64,000 nucleotides of DNA, from NCBI GenBank assembly GCA_046704725.1, contig JBJKRI010000006.1:64001-128000 (forward strand), read 5' to 3'. Position numbers and translations under genes: made by a program. Shown one piece after another: positions 45,640 through 53,168 of the stretch. Numbering within the stretch: position 1 is the first letter of the stretch; each line of letters starts with the position of its first letter. Under the pieces are notes generated by a model. The model had not been told where the DNA came from. It saw only the letters and a list, made by a program, of their open reading frames with translations, and searched no databases. This DNA is from Candidatus Woesearchaeota archaeon (GTDB taxonomy: Archaea > Nanobdellota > Nanobdellia > Woesearchaeales > SKIA01).

Positions 45640-45888
45640 ATGGCAAGTCCGCTCGTCGGAATACGAATGCAGCCGGAGCTCCTCGATCGCGCCAGGAGGA
45701 TCAGCGAGGAAGAGGGCTTCCAGAGCCTGCAGGAATTCGTACGCGAATCCGTGCGGGCCCGCGTGGAAGCATTCGAACGACAGCAAGCCATCGAAGTCCT
45801 CAAGAAGCTCGCCGGCTCCGCAAAGCGATACACCCCCAGGACGAAAGAGGAACTCTCCCGCCTCGCCGGACGGCTCTACGGCATCTGA
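45640..45888 (+). CDS. ribbon-helix-helix (CopG-like) antitoxin
   Basis: VGIRMQPELL...GFQSLQEFVRESVR; TTTATAA at ~45610. Confidence 0.75.
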   Translation: MASPLVGIRMQPELLDRARRISEEEGFQSLQEFVRESVRARVEAFERQQAIEVLKKLAGSAKRYTPRTKEELSRLAGRLYGI

Positions 45889-45930
45889 ATCCGGAAATCT
45901 TCCGAAAGAACCGGAAGAAGTCACAGGACA
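45889..45930 (+). repeat. intergenic repeat copy 2
   Basis: ATCCGGAAATC-TTCCGA-AAGAACCGGAA-GAAGTCACAGGACA directly after TGA. Confidence 0.9.
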
Positions 45931-46013
45931 CCTATGCGCACAAGGCATACCAACACCCGACCCGTATCCCTCGCATGGAAAAGGATATAAGTTCTATAAC
46001 ATTCATAGGTTCC

Positions 46014-46226
46014 ATGGCGACCACCATCTCCATCTCCGAGGAGCTCAAGGAGAAGATCAGGCTGCTCGGCAAGGGCGGCGAGACGTACGAGGAGATCATC
46101 AGGCGGATGTACGAGGTCACAAAACAGCACATCCTGCTGCACTACGTCTACGACCAGAGCGACTCGGTCAGCGTGAAAGAGGCGCTGGAGGACGCGGAGC
46201 GACGATGGCCAGAGTCATCATCGTAG
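46014..46226 (+). CDS. putative RHH-type antitoxin
   Basis: MATTISISEELKEKI..LG..GETYEEIIRRM; overlaps downstream toxin. Confidence 0.75.
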   Translation: MATTISISEELKEKIRLLGKGGETYEEIIRRMYEVTKQHILLHYVYDQSDSVSVKEALEDAERRWPESSS

Positions 46227-46543
46227 AGTCGCTGCGCAGGGAGATCCTCAAGGGTTTCGGGGCGGAGTCCAAAGCGATCTTCAGACGGATGCTGGAGTTC
46301 GGGGACCGCCCGACGGCCGGCAAGGCTCTCGCGAGCGTCGGCGGCATCCTCATCAAGGAGATCAAGCACAAGACGTTCCGTTTCTATTGCATCGGCGACG
46401 CGCACGTCTGGAAGTTCGCCACCACCGACGAGCTCGCCGCCCTGCTCATCAAGTTCGTCGCCATGTCCAAGAAGAAGGACCAGCAAGCGCAGATAGAGCG
46501 GATCAAGGACGTGCTGCGCTCGTTCGGCTTCGACGGCTTCTGA
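46205..46543 (+). CDS. RelE/ParE-like toxin (divergent)
   Basis: N-terminal strand-helix-helix, P..GKAL, IKEIKHKTFRFYCI; paired with antitoxin. Confidence 0.6.
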   Translation: MARVIIVESLRREILKGFGAESKAIFRRMLEFGDRPTAGKALASVGGILIKEIKHKTFRFYCIGDAHVWKFATTDELAALLIKFVAMSKKKDQQAQIERIKDVLRSFGFDGF

Positions 46544-46585
46544 ATCCGGAAATCCTCTAGGAATCCCGGAAGAAGTCACAGGACA
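46544..46585 (+). repeat. intergenic repeat copy 3
   Basis: ATCCGGAAATC-CTCTAG-GAATCCCGGAA-GAAGTCACAGGACA directly after TGA; shares a further CCACGGACGC with copy 1. Confidence 0.9.
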
Positions 46586-46643
46586 CCCACGGACGCAAGG
46601 GATATGGGGAAAGGACACCTTCAAATAGCTGGAGGTACTCGCA

Positions 46644-46835
46644 ATGCTCGTGGACGAGAAGGAACTCGAAAGACGGTTCGCGGAGCTGGAGCGACGGCTG
46701 CGCCGCGTCGAGGAGGACCTGGATGATTCCACCCTCAGCGCTGCCGACGTGAAGGCGATCCGTGACGCCGAAGAGGACGAGAGGCATGGGCGACTCGTCG
46801 ATGCGAACGAGTTGGCACGCGAGTTGGGGTTGTGA
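46644..46835 (+). CDS. RelB-like antitoxin
   Basis: acidic LSAADVKAIRDAEED...GRLV...ELARELGL; GGAGGT SD; overlaps RelE. Confidence 0.75.
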   Translation: MLVDEKELERRFAELERRLRRVEEDLDDSTLSAADVKAIRDAEEDERHGRLVDANELARELGL

Positions 46836-47086
46836 GGGACGTACTGCTCACCCGACAAGCGCACCAGTTCTTGGACAGTCTTCAACGCAAGGACGCTCGA
46901 CGCGTCCTGGAAAAGGTGCTATCGCTCGGGGAAGAGCCATACCCGAAAGGATGTAGGCAGCTCGAGGATAGCGACGCGATGCGGATACGTGTCGGGCCCT
47001 TCCGCGTTCTCTATCATGTGCGACAGAGGAGCGTGCGTGTGGACAGCATCGACAAGCGTAGCAGGGTCTACAAGAGGGGACGATGA
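46832..47086 (+). CDS. relE: RelE/ParE-family toxin
   Basis: AHQFLDSL, L..EPYP, RIRVGPFRVLY, IDKRSRVY. Confidence 0.9.
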   Translation: MRDVLLTRQAHQFLDSLQRKDARRVLEKVLSLGEEPYPKGCRQLEDSDAMRIRVGPFRVLYHVRQRSVRVDSIDKRSRVYKRGR

Positions 47087-47355
47087 CGGCCAAAAGAAAA
47101 GGCACGGGACCGCTCCCCGAACCCCGGCTCGCAATGACTGTCGAAAGCATCCTGCGGGCGGCACAGGACCCGCTATCGCTGGAAGACCTCTCCGGACGCG
47201 TGGCAGAGATTCCGCGAAAAGAGCTGGACGCGCTCTTGGGACGGCTGGAGGAGGACGGCAAGATCGCGCGGCTCGAGGAAGGCATCGTCTGGATCTTCGA
47301 GGATGATGCGAGCGACAAGCTCAAGCGCACACTGCGGGACTCGAGATCTGCATGA
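47083..47355 (+). CDS. winged-helix protein
   Basis: VESIL...LSLEDL...LLGRLEEDGKI...IVWI; coupled to relE (ATGA). Confidence 0.6.
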   Translation: MTAKRKGTGPLPEPRLAMTVESILRAAQDPLSLEDLSGRVAEIPRKELDALLGRLEEDGKIARLEEGIVWIFEDDASDKLKRTLRDSRSA

Positions 47356-47425
47356 AGCGCATGCAGGTCCGCTGGGCAAAAGACGCGCACGCAGAACTCG
47401 CAACACCGCACACACCCCAGACCAA

Positions 47426-47806
47426 CTACTTCTCGTTGAGCCGGACGGCCGACAAGACAATCGCCTTGAGCGCTGATGCGTCGACGCGTCCCTCGGAGAA
47501 ATCGATGGCGCGCGCGCTCTTGCTGGAAAGACGCGCATTGAAGAGCCCCTTCGGGTCCTTGAGCGAAGCGCCCTTGGGGAAGGTCAGGCGCACCGCGCCC
47601 TTGAGCGTGTCCGCCACGCAGACGATGCCGTCGTGCGACCAGACGGGGACGCCCTGGGGCTTGGAGGGCATCTTCCACTTCACCTCCTCGACCAGGGAGG
47701 GGGACGCCCGCAGGACGATCGCGCGAAGCTCCGCGAGCTTTTTCCCGCGCCAGTCCTTCGTCTTCGCGATGATGGCGTCTATCTCCCGAGCGGCGCTTGT
47801 CGCCAT
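47426..47806 (-). CDS. DUF1801 family protein
   Basis: DWRG..L..LR, EEVKW, GVPVWSHDGIVC, LTFPKGASL.DP.GLFN. Confidence 0.85.
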   Translation of the reverse strand: MATSAAREIDAIIAKTKDWRGKKLAELRAIVLRASPSLVEEVKWKMPSKPQGVPVWSHDGIVCVADTLKGAVRLTFPKGASLKDPKGLFNARLSSKSARAIDFSEGRVDASALKAIVLSAVRLNEK

Positions 47807-47891
47807 ACCCGCACAGGCCCGTGCAGCGATATAAATCGTTCGGACCCCGGTCCTCCAGAAATCTTTTATAGCGCCCGTCCGCCGCGACACC

Positions 47892-48518
47892 ATGGTGCGT
47901 TGGAGCCGTTGGGGGATAGGCATCGCCGCATTGCTCGTGCTCTCCGTGCTCGTCAACCTCTTCATGCTCACCATGATCCATCCCGCCAAGGCGGCTCCGG
48001 ACCTCATCGGAAAAGACGTGCCGACCCTCGGTAGCGCCACCGCACCGGTCACCATCACGGAGTTCGGCGACTACCTCTGCCCGCAGTGCAGGCAGTTCAG
48101 CACGTCAGTCTATCCGCAGCTCAAACAGTACATCGCGTCGGGCAATCTCCGCTTCAGATACATCGTCTCGCCGTTGACCAACGAGTATCCGCGCGCACTG
48201 CCGGCGGCGATGGCGGCGTACTGCGTGGGAAAGCAGCAAGGAAGCACGGGATACTTCCGGATGCACGACCTGCTCTACAACACGACGGACTTCTCCGACA
48301 AAGCCCTGCAAGCGGACGCAGAAAGCCTCGGCGTCAACAGCACGCAGTGGCAGGACTGCTACACGAACACGACAGCGCGCAACGCGTTATTGCAGAACGC
48401 CGACACGCTGGCAGCCACCCATAACGTGCGGCAGCTCCCGACGTTCTTCATCAACGGCCAACGCCTTGTCGGGCCGCAACCGCTCTCGGTGTTCGCCGCG
48501 GCGATAAACGCGAAATAA
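47892..48518 (+). CDS. DsbA-family thioredoxin-fold protein, membrane anchored
   Basis: GSATAPVTITEFGDYLCPQC, LPTFFING. Confidence 0.92.
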   Translation: MVRWSRWGIGIAALLVLSVLVNLFMLTMIHPAKAAPDLIGKDVPTLGSATAPVTITEFGDYLCPQCRQFSTSVYPQLKQYIASGNLRFRYIVSPLTNEYPRALPAAMAAYCVGKQQGSTGYFRMHDLLYNTTDFSDKALQADAESLGVNSTQWQDCYTNTTARNALLQNADTLAATHNVRQLPTFFINGQRLVGPQPLSVFAAAINAK

Positions 48519-48564
48519 TAGAGAAAAAGCGCTGCGCTAGCGTCCCTTCAACACAGAGCGGATC

Positions 48565-48693
48565 TCAGCGAGACTTCTTCTTGCCCTTGGCCTGCTTCTT
48601 GTCGGCCTTCTTCGGCGCTTTCGCCGCGTCCTTGGCCGTCTTTTCCATGTCCTCGCTCGCCCAATCCTTGTCCCACGATTCGTCGTCCATCAT
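48565..48693 (-). CDS. tiny acidic/Lys-rich hypothetical protein
   Basis: MMDDESWDKDW...KKADKKQAKGKKKSR with host-like codons; TTAAAT upstream. Confidence 0.4.
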   Translation of the reverse strand: MMDDESWDKDWASEDMEKTAKDAAKAPKKADKKQAKGKKKSR

Positions 48694-48783
48694 GCAAGGG
48701 CACATGCCGACCGAGGATTTAATCCTCGCTACACGAAACGGCAGCGGAAAAAGCCTTTTAAACAATCCGTGGCAGGGAACGGC

Positions 48784-49977
48784 ATGATCCTGCGCCTGCG
48801 CCCGAGATTGACCACGAGCCTCGAGCTCGCGGTCACCGGCATGCTGTTGGGCATCGCGGTTAGCCTGAACAGCACGGTTTGGAGCGTGTACCTCAACACC
48901 ATCTTGCACGACGCCGCACTCACAGGAACCATCGCCGCCGCCACGACCGGATTGTACGTCGTCTTGCTCTTCGCGCTCACGCCCATCCTGCGACGCGCCT
49001 CCGAGCGGCTGCTCCTCACGCTCAGCGCGGCGGGCATCGCCGCCGGCTACCTGGGATACGCGCTCACGGATTCCCTCTGGCCATTCCTTGCCGCAGCCGC
49101 TGCGGTCGCGTTCTTCCAGGTGATGCGCGCGGAGAGCTACAGCGTGCTCGTGCGCGACAACGCCGACGGGGGGGACGTGCCCCAAGCGGAAGGCATGCGG
49201 TACGCCATCAACAACGCGGGCTGGCTGCTCGCGCCACTGCTCGGCGGTTTCGTCGCCGCGGCCCTCGGGCTGCGCATGGTGTTCCTGGTCGGCGCGATAT
49301 TCAGCATCATCGCCATGATGCAGTTCCGCATGGTCCCCACACAGAACGTGCCGCACGACGACAACGACCTCAGCTACCGACGACTCCTCAAGGACCTGCG
49401 CACGTTCGCCAAGGACCCCGCGCTGCGGCGCGCATACATCATGAACGGCGGCGTGTCGACGTGGTGGGGAGTGATCTACACGTACGGGCCGCTCTACATC
49501 CTCCACCAAGGGCTTCCAGTGTACTGGGTCGGCATCTTCCTCGCGGCGATCACCATCCCGCTCATCGTGCTCGAGTACACGGTCGGGCGGCTCACCAAGA
49601 GATACGGCTACCGCTTCTTCCTCGTGCTCGGGCACGCGTGGATCGCTGCGTGCGCGATCGCCGTCGCCATCCTCACACCGTACACCTGGGCGACGCTGAC
49701 GATTCTCGTCCTCGCGTCCGTGGGGGCGAGCATGCTCGAAGGGACCAGGGAATCCTATTTCTACGCGGTCGTGCCCCAAAAAGACGAGGAACGGCACCTC
49801 GGGACGTGGCTTTCCGGGCAGAGCCTGATGAGCACGCTCGGCAAGTTCGCGTTCGCCGGAGCGATCCTCATCGCGTCGTATGCGGGGGGCTTTCTCATCA
49901 CCGCAGCGCTCATGGTCGCGGCCGCGCTCGTCGCGTCGCGCATCACGGTTCAGATACCTGAAAGGAAACCGGCATGA
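48784..49977 (+). CDS. MFS transporter
   Basis: ~12 TM helices; GWLLAPLLGG, VGRLTKRYG. Confidence 0.9.
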   Translation: MILRLRPRLTTSLELAVTGMLLGIAVSLNSTVWSVYLNTILHDAALTGTIAAATTGLYVVLLFALTPILRRASERLLLTLSAAGIAAGYLGYALTDSLWPFLAAAAAVAFFQVMRAESYSVLVRDNADGGDVPQAEGMRYAINNAGWLLAPLLGGFVAAALGLRMVFLVGAIFSIIAMMQFRMVPTQNVPHDDNDLSYRRLLKDLRTFAKDPALRRAYIMNGGVSTWWGVIYTYGPLYILHQGLPVYWVGIFLAAITIPLIVLEYTVGRLTKRYGYRFFLVLGHAWIAACAIAVAILTPYTWATLTILVLASVGASMLEGTRESYFYAVVPQKDEERHLGTWLSGQSLMSTLGKFAFAGAILIASYAGGFLITAALMVAAALVASRITVQIPERKPA

Positions 49978-50552
49978 CCGAGGCAGAACGTTTGTCCGCG
50001 CTCCTGACGAAACGGCTCAGCGACACAAGATACGGCGAAGCGCTCGCGCTCATCAAGAAGAACGCCAGAGGGCGCATCTGGCTGGTCGGCGGAGCGGTGA
50101 GCCGGCTGCTCGCCAGCGAGCTCTACGGGGGGAGCACAGCGACGCACGACTTCGACTTCCTCGTGGAGGAAGAGACCATCAAGCCCACGGTCCCGGACGG
50201 CTGGACGATGGAACGCAAGAAGCACGGCAACCCCACATTCACCAGGGAGGACGTTGAGGTCGACCTGTTTCCCTTGGCCACGCACGACCACATCCGCCGC
50301 AACGGTCTTGAGCCGACCATAGAGCACTTCCTCGAAGGAACGCCCTTCACCATACAGGCGCTGGCGTATGACGTCGACGAGAAGCGATTGATCGGCGATG
50401 CGGGAATCACCGCCCTCCTGACCAAGAGACTCGCCGTCAACAATCTGGAGCAGGCGCGCGAGATCGCCAAACACAAGGGCGTCACCATCGATGAGCGCAT
50501 GGGCCGGAAAGCCGAGAGCATGGGATTCTCCTTCGCACCGTGCGGAGAGTGA
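49974..50552 (+). CDS. stand-alone class II nucleotidyltransferase head domain (CCA/poly(A) polymerase-like)
   Basis: WLVGGAVS, HDFDFLV, VEVDL, PFTIQALAYD, GITAL. Confidence 0.75.
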   Translation: MTEAERLSALLTKRLSDTRYGEALALIKKNARGRIWLVGGAVSRLLASELYGGSTATHDFDFLVEEETIKPTVPDGWTMERKKHGNPTFTREDVEVDLFPLATHDHIRRNGLEPTIEHFLEGTPFTIQALAYDVDEKRLIGDAGITALLTKRLAVNNLEQAREIAKHKGVTIDERMGRKAESMGFSFAPCGE

Positions 50553-51638
50553 TCAGACGCCCCAGGTGTAGCGCCTGTTGAACAGGAAGTTCACAAGGAA
50601 CATGAGCACGATGGCCACCAGGTTCCACACCAACAGCAATCCGATGCCGAGAAGCGACGTCAAGAGATAGACGATGCCGACGGTGCCGACGAGCGTCACC
50701 AGGCTCGCCCCCTGGAACAGGAGGAACCGGTTCCACAAGCGATGCTTTGTGCGTCCGGGAAAGGTGAAGAGGTTGTTGCCGATGAAGTTCGAGACGATGG
50801 CGGTCTCGGTCGCGATCGCCGAGGCGAATACGAAGTACAACCCAACAGAATGCAGCACCCAGAGGATGAAGGTGTTGATGACCGTTCCCACAGCACCGAC
50901 GAGGCCGAAGGTGATGAGCTGCCGCAGCCCGGGACGCAAGCCCACAACACCGACGGCTCCGCGCAACGCTTCGGACAGCGACATCTTGCTCTTTCCCGCG
51001 CGTCGCGGACGGAAAGCGACGGGTACCTCGGCGACGCTCGCCCCGGAACGCAGCGCGGCGTCGAGCAACGCCACCTGGAAGACGTAGCCCTCGGCGGTGA
51101 TGGACGACAGATCAATCCGTCGCAAGACCGACGCGCGTATCGCGCGGAAACCCGCGGTGCAATCACGGACCGGAAGGCGCAGGACCAATCGCGCGTAAGC
51201 ATTGGCTCCCCTGCTCAGCCAGCGGCGGTACAGGCCCCACTCCTCGGGCACGCTCCCGTCGGGCACGTAGCGCGAGCCGATGACGAAATCGGCGTCCGCA
51301 GACAAGAGACGGAATATGTCTGCGGGGTCGTGGCTGAAGTCAGCGTCCATCTCCATCACCACGTCAGGAGAGAGTTCGGAGAGCGCGAAGGACATGCCGT
51401 CGCGGTACGCCGCGCCGAGACCGTTCTTCTGGGGCCGCTCCAAGAGGTGCAGGAACGTATCGTCTTTCATGCGCTCGCGCACGACGCCCGCGGTCCCGTC
51501 CGGGCTGTGGTCGTCCACGACAAGGATGTGCACAGCCGTCCCCTCGTGCTCGCGCGATTCCTCGCGGATGCGCTCGATGAGAGGCGCGATGTTCGCGGCC
51601 TCGTTATAGGTGGGGATGATGATGCAGGCGATTCGCAC
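50553..51638 (-). CDS. GT2 polyprenol/dolichol-phosphate glycosyltransferase fused to GtrA domain
   Basis: IIPTYNE, VVDDHSPDGT, MDADFSH, IGSRY, DCTAGFR; C-terminal GtrA helices. Confidence 0.93.
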   Translation of the reverse strand: MRIACIIIPTYNEAANIAPLIERIREESREHEGTAVHILVVDDHSPDGTAGVVRERMKDDTFLHLLERPQKNGLGAAYRDGMSFALSELSPDVVMEMDADFSHDPADIFRLLSADADFVIGSRYVPDGSVPEEWGLYRRWLSRGANAYARLVLRLPVRDCTAGFRAIRASVLRRIDLSSITAEGYVFQVALLDAALRSGASVAEVPVAFRPRRAGKSKMSLSEALRGAVGVVGLRPGLRQLITFGLVGAVGTVINTFILWVLHSVGLYFVFASAIATETAIVSNFIGNNLFTFPGRTKHRLWNRFLLFQGASLVTLVGTVGIVYLLTSLLGIGLLLVWNLVAIVLMFLVNFLFNRRYTWGV

Positions 51639-51807
51639 CCTCTGGCCGCGCTCCTCACCACTTATAAATGCTGCTGTGCTTTTTCGGCGATGCCAAAAAA
51701 CACGCTATTGCACCCTATTTGCCACAACGTCGCTGTATCCGGAGTATTTCATGCACAAGAATTTTAAACGAGCACCCTATAGAACAACGTATAGGGAGGG
51801 GTATCAA

Positions 51808-51960
51808 ATGGAAAAAGGATCTAAAATGTTTGTAGGATGGGCTGCCATCGTCGATGGCGTGCTCATCGCACTGAACCAGCTGCTCACCTGGCCTGGCGGA
51901 CTGCAGTACCTGTGGGCCGTCATCGCAGTGATACTGGGCATCTGGGTACTCGTGGCCTAA
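51808..51960 (+). CDS. small two-helix membrane protein
   Basis: GGGAGGGG SD before ATG; two hydrophobic segments. Confidence 0.55.
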   Translation: MEKGSKMFVGWAAIVDGVLIALNQLLTWPGGLQYLWAVIAVILGIWVLVA

Positions 51961-52508
51961 GCATCTTTTTTCTCTCTCTTTTTCTTATACACATACAACA
52001 CCAACGCCCAGAACGTGCCGAGCAACGCCCCGGCAAGGACGTCGGAGAAATAATGCACTCGCAAGACCATTCGGCTCACCGCTACAGCAGCAGCGAGCAC
52101 GGCCGCCAATGGCCAGTACCGCTTGTCGTAAGCCAAGGCCGCCGACACGTAGAGCGCGGCCGACACGGTCGAGTGCCCTGAAGGAAAAGAATAGCCCCAC
52201 GCGTGGACGAGCATGCCCGCCGGACGGGGACGCGCCACGACGAACTTCACGATCACCGAAGACAAGAACGCGAGAGCGACAGCACCACCGATACGGACCG
52301 CATGGAAGCGAGAGCGCAGCGACAATAGCGCCGACAAGACGATGACGACATACGGACCGCCGAGCGCGGTGACCGCCTGCACGAGAAAAGAAGCGGAGGC
52401 GGGCAGCCACGAGAAGACCCAGGCATCGACGGATCGCGTCAGGCCCACGACGACGAGCACCGATACCGCCACAAAACCGGCCAATAACGCCCAGAGACTC
52501 TTCCGCAT
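51957..52508 (-). CDS. PAP2-family lipid phosphatase
   Basis: K......RP, SFPSGH, SRMVLRVHYFSDV. Confidence 0.92.
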   Translation of the reverse strand: MRKSLWALLAGFVAVSVLVVVGLTRSVDAWVFSWLPASASFLVQAVTALGGPYVVIVLSALLSLRSRFHAVRIGGAVALAFLSSVIVKFVVARPRPAGMLVHAWGYSFPSGHSTVSAALYVSAALAYDKRYWPLAAVLAAAVAVSRMVLRVHYFSDVLAGALLGTFWALVLYVYKKKREKKDA

Positions 52509-52539
52509 CAGCCGACCACGCACCGCTCACTCATAAAAC

Positions 52540-53073
52540 CTATGCGAGCAAGAACAACGACTCGTCCTGCGACTTGGGATAGTAGCAGTTGAACGGCCCG
52601 AGCGTGCCGATATAGCTCTCGAGCTCGTTCCGAGAGCGCGTCACGCCCTGCGAGACGAGGATCATGTACTGGATATTGTCCACGGTCACGACCACGGTCG
52701 TGGAGGGGTACATGCGCATGAGCGCGTACTGCTGCGAAGGCGTGGGCACGCACATCCGCTCGGGGCCCACGGCGTGCACGGTGCTCTGGATGCGGTTGAC
52801 GAACCACTGGTAAGAGCTGTCAGGGTACTGGAAGGACGGATAGTAGTTGTACGACGGGTATGAAGGATAGTGATAGCTGTACGACGGATAGGAGGGATAG
52901 CCATACGAGGGACAGCCGTAGTAAGAGGGATAGCAGGGATACGTCGGGTGCGGGTACAAGACGATGACGCTGCCACCCGTCTGGGACGCGAGCAGGTGCC
53001 CGACAATCGGCTCGTACGCCCCGACAAGGCCGATGCAGAGCACGGCCGCGACCACCAATCCCCAGTACCGCAT
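52540..53073 (-). CDS. exported protein with Tyr-Pro-Ser low-complexity tract
   Basis: signal-like N-terminus; YPCYPSYYGCPSYGYPSYPSYSYHYPSYPSY. Confidence 0.6.
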   Translation of the reverse strand: MRYWGLVVAAVLCIGLVGAYEPIVGHLLASQTGGSVIVLYPHPTYPCYPSYYGCPSYGYPSYPSYSYHYPSYPSYNYYPSFQYPDSSYQWFVNRIQSTVHAVGPERMCVPTPSQQYALMRMYPSTTVVVTVDNIQYMILVSQGVTRSRNELESYIGTLGPFNCYYPKSQDESLFLLA

Positions 53074-53168
53074 GAGGGACAGGAAGCCCTCGGGGCTTTT
53101 CAAGGTTATCCCCCGCCGATGCGGACAACGAAAAGGTTTATATGGGGTCAGACACGGAAAAACAGGTA

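Noticed and set aside
45126-46585. Three repeats as a CRISPR array
   Set aside because: Intervals are 600-720 bp and contain whole genes; repeat centres vary; no cas genes in the window.
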